From positions 9,611 through 73,610 of the forward strand of contig CAVRUT010000005.1 of assembly GCA_963724465.1 (NCBI GenBank): 64,000 nt of DNA, given 5' to 3'. The notes under the pieces are model-generated. The model worked only from the letters and a program-made list of their open reading frames with translations, did no database searches and was not told the DNA's origin. This DNA comes from an uncultured Acidobacteriota bacterium. Lineage in GTDB: Bacteria > Acidobacteriota > Thermoanaerobaculia > UBA5066 > Gp7-AA6. Below, piece by piece: positions 60,972 through 64,000 of this stretch. Both the position numbers and the translations under genes were made by a program. The stretch's first letter is position 1, and each line of letters starts with the position of its first letter.

Positions 60972-62937
60972 GTGGCAGGCTCGCGCGCGCCGACGGGGAT
61001 CGTTCTCGTCGGCAATCCGAACGTCGGCAAGAGCGTCCTCTTCGGCGCGCTGACGGGAACGTACGTCACGGTCTCGAACTATCCGGGGACGACCGTGGAG
61101 GTCTCGGAGGGCGCGGCGGTCGTCGCCGGACGGCGCGTCACCGTGCGCGACACCCCCGGGGCCGCCTCGCTCATCCCTTACTCCGAGGACGAGCGCGTGA
61201 CGCGCGACATCCTGCTCTCGGCCGACGGCGCGGCGGTCGTCCTCGTCGGCGACGCGAAGAACCTCGAGCGCGCCCTCACCCTCGCCCTCGAGGTCGCAGA
61301 GACGGGCCTGCCGTTCGTCTTCTGCGTCAACATGACGGACGAGGCGCGGGCCCGGGGAATCGCCGTCGACGTCGGGGAGGCTCGCGGCCTGGCTCGGCGT
61401 GGACGTCGTCGAGACCGTCGCCGTCCGACACGAGGGCGTTGCGCGACTGGCCGCGGCCGTCGAGAACGCCCGGCCGGCCTCCGCGGGGGTCGCCTATCCG
61501 GACGTTGTCGAGCGTGCCCTCGACGCCGCGGTCCCGCTGATGCCGGCGGGCTCCTTCTCGCCGAGAGCGCTCGCCCTGGCGGCGCTTGCCGGCGACCAGA
61601 CCCTGACACCATGGCTGCGGGCTCACATGGCCGACGACGCGCTCGCAAAGCTCGAGGGAATCCGGGCGCGACTTTCCCGCCTGTACCGCGAGGACCTCGG
61701 CTACGTCATCCAGGAGGCGCGCCTGCGCTCCGCGGGACAGATCGTCCGCGAGGTCGTCTCGCGAAGGGCGCCCGCCGCCGCGCCGACGCGCGCCCTGGTG
61801 GCCCGCTTCGACCGCGCCACGACCCACCCCGTCTGGGGCGTGCCCGTGCTCCTGGCGGCGCTTTACCTCTCCTATCTCTTCGTCGGCGTCTTCGGCGCGA
61901 GGACGCTCGTGGACCTGCTGGAGAACGGGTTCTTCGGGAAGATCGTCAGCCCGGCGGCCACGCGGCTCGCCGACGCCGCCATCCCGTGGCCGATCGTGCG
62001 CGACTTCTTCGTCGGGCCGTACGGGTTCGTGACGATGGCCCTGGCGTACTCGCTCGCGCTCGTGCTGCCGATCGTCGGCACCTTCTTCATCGCCTTCGGC
62101 GTCCTCGAGGACTCGGGCTACCTGCCGCGCCTGGCGGTCATGGTCAACCGCCTCTTCAAGTCCATGGGCCTGAACGGCAAGGCGGTCCTGCCGATGGTGC
62201 TCGGGCTGGGCTGCGACACGATGGCGACCCTGACGACGCGCATCCTCGAGACCCCGAAGGAGCGGCTGATCGTGATCCTGCTGCTCGCTCTCGGCGTGCC
62301 GTGCTCGGCGCAGCTGACCGTGATCCTCGCCATGCTCGGCGGCCTTTCGCCGCTGGCGCTGGCAATCTGGGCGTTCATCGTGCTCGCCGTTCTCTTTGCG
62401 GTCGGGAAGCTCGCGGCCCGGGTCCTGCCGGGCCGCACCGGCGACTTCGTCCTCGAGCTGCCGCCCCTGCGCCTGCCGCGGCCGGGAAACCTCCTGGTCA
62501 AGACGCTGGCGCGCATCGAGTGGTACCTGCGCGAAGCCGTTCCGCTCTTCGTGCTGGGCACGGCGATCCTCTTCGTGGCCGACCGGCTGAAGCTCGTCGG
62601 CCTCGTCGAGCGCGCGACGAAGCCCCTCCTGACGGGAGTCCTCGGGCTTCCCTCGGAGACGGCGCCCGCCTTCGTCGTCGGCTTTCTGCGGCGCGACTTC
62701 GGCGCGGCCGGGCTCTTCGACATGGCCCGGCACGGCCGCATCGACGCCGTTCAGTCGCTGGTGGCGATGGTCACGATCACGCTGTTCATTCCGTGCATCG
62801 CGAACTTCTTCATGATCGTCAAGGAGAGGGGCTGGAAGACGGCCACGGCGATCGCCGCGTTCGTGTTTCCGTTCGCGATCGGAGTCGGGGCGGCGCTCAA
62901 CGCCTTCCTGCGGGCCTTGCCGCTGCCGCTGCGATGA
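60972..62937 (+). CDS. feoB: Ferrous iron transporter FeoB (frameshift near 61380)
   Basis: GNPNVGKS, NYPGTT, DTPG, NMTDE, LEDSGYLPR, LGLGC, PCSA, FVLELPP, FIPCIA. Confidence 0.94.
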
Positions 62938-63173
62938 AACCCGAGGAAGTCCCGTTCGTCCCCCTGCCCGCTCACCCCACGGAGGCGAGCGCCTTCACCT
63001 GCGGGCTTTGCGGCAACCGCTTCACGCACGGCGGGCTCGTGTGCGGGACGTGCCCGATGCAGACCGGGTGTGAGCTCGTGCGCTGCCCGAATTGCGGCTT
63101 TCAGTTTCCGCGGTCCTCGCGGATCGCGGACGCGCTCGGGCGCCTCTACCGGCGCCTGCGGAGGAAGTCCTGA
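62934..63173 (+). CDS. Small Cys-rich metal-binding protein (79 aa, FeoC-analogue candidate)
   Basis: CGLC...CGTCPMQTGC...CPNC; translationally coupled to both neighbours. Confidence 0.75.
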   Translation: MKPEEVPFVPLPAHPTEASAFTCGLCGNRFTHGGLVCGTCPMQTGCELVRCPNCGFQFPRSSRIADALGRLYRRLRRKS

Positions 63174-63838
63174 TGCTGCACCCCGATCTGGCCGACCAGG
63201 ACATCGAGGAGGTCGCCGAGGAGCTCTGGACCCTCGGCGAGCAGGGGCTCGACCGCATCGAGGACCTGCGCGCGTCGAGCGAGGTCACCGTGCTCGACGC
63301 TGTGCTCGCCGAGCTCTCGCGCCGCGGCCTCGCCCGCGTCGCCGCGGGCCGCGTCGCGCTGACATCCGAGGGGCGCGAGCTCGCCAAGCGCCAGGTGCGC
63401 CGCCACCGACTGGCGGAGGTCCTCTTCACGACGGTTCTCGAGGTGCGCGACGAGAGCGCCGTCAACCGCACGGCCTGCGTCATGGAGCACGTCCTCGGCG
63501 CCGGGCTGGCCGACGCGATCTGCTCGTTTCTCGGGCACCCCCGCGCCTGCCCGCACGGAAAGCCGATTCCGCCGGGTCCCTGCTGCCACGAGCTTGCGCA
63601 GACGATCGAGCCGCTCGTCCAGCCGCTCGATCGGCTGCCCGCCGGCACCGAGGGACGGATCGTCTACATCGTCCCGCGCGAGCGCGAACGCCTCGCGCGC
63701 CTGACGAACCTCGGCATCGTCCCGGGCGCGCGCGTTCGCGTCCAGCAGAAGGTGCCCGCCTTCGTCCTCGCCCTCGGCGAGACGACCCTCGCGGTCGATC
63801 CCGCCATCGCCGGCGAGATCTACGTCAAGAGGGTATGA
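63173..63838 (+). CDS. DtxR/MntR-family metalloregulator with C-terminal FeoA domain
   Basis: LTSEG...RRHRLAE, ACVMEH, CPHGKPIP, LTNLGIVPGARV. Confidence 0.92.
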   Translation: MLHPDLADQDIEEVAEELWTLGEQGLDRIEDLRASSEVTVLDAVLAELSRRGLARVAAGRVALTSEGRELAKRQVRRHRLAEVLFTTVLEVRDESAVNRTACVMEHVLGAGLADAICSFLGHPRACPHGKPIPPGPCCHELAQTIEPLVQPLDRLPAGTEGRIVYIVPRERERLARLTNLGIVPGARVRVQQKVPAFVLALGETTLAVDPAIAGEIYVKRV

Positions 63839-64000
63839 ATCGGCCCGCGTCCTAGGACTTCGGAGTTCTCCTGGTCGATTCTTCCGTAAGGATTCCGGCT
63901 CGCGGGAGGACCGAGCCTCCACCTCCCAGGGGTTCGACTCCCGAGAAGCCCCGGCCCCAGTGCACGCCGCCCGCTTCCTTGCTGAGTGGGTAGCCGCGAT

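Noticed and set aside
1-64000. Many frameshifted genes (kinases, RR, HK, GGDEF, vapB, ptrB, M16, MetE-like, feoB) read as programmed frameshifting or mass pseudogenisation
   Set aside because: They are mostly single-base indels in G/C runs with otherwise intact motifs and no in-frame stops, which best fits long-read consensus error. Read-level polishing is needed to confirm.
63852-64000. GGGTTCGACTCCC T-loop-like motif suggesting tRNA/tmRNA/6S RNA
   Set aside because: No cloverleaf or CCA could be built. The minus strand has an open frame (RGYPLSKEAGGVHWGRGF...*) that may be the end of a CDS cut by the window edge. Unresolved.

Overview
High-GC bacterial chromosomal window. The gene content (many Hanks-type Ser/Thr kinases fused to PD40 or TPR repeats, BNR/VPS10 beta-propeller proteins, class D sortase) suggests Acidobacteriota; this is an inference. 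Many genes are broken by single-base frameshifts, most likely long-read consensus errors. The left 12 kb holds two tandem, integrase-less integrative cassettes anchored at tRNA-Arg(CCG): two extra exact 46-bp copies of the tRNA 3' half, conserved 128-bp arms with IHF-like and arm-type repeats, and a short tyrosine-integrase C-terminal remnant. Just outside them is an unannotated 57-aa basic, S/T/C-tailed peptide gene directly upstream of a SagB/ThcOx-type dehydrogenase, a candidate RiPP system with no YcaO in view. The rest contains tRNA-His, lysA, a YtrA-type GntR/ABC operon with operator, an MFS transporter, sortase D, two divergent TetR-controlled efflux operons, a MerR/GGDEF-PilZ/HK/RR/EAL c-di-GMP module, VapBC and MazEF-type TA pairs, a kinase cluster with a deletion scar, three secreted peptidases, a MetE-like protein, tRNA-Arg(TCT) and a feoB/Cys-rich/DtxR-FeoA operon. 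All calls come from reading motifs by eye; no database searches were run.
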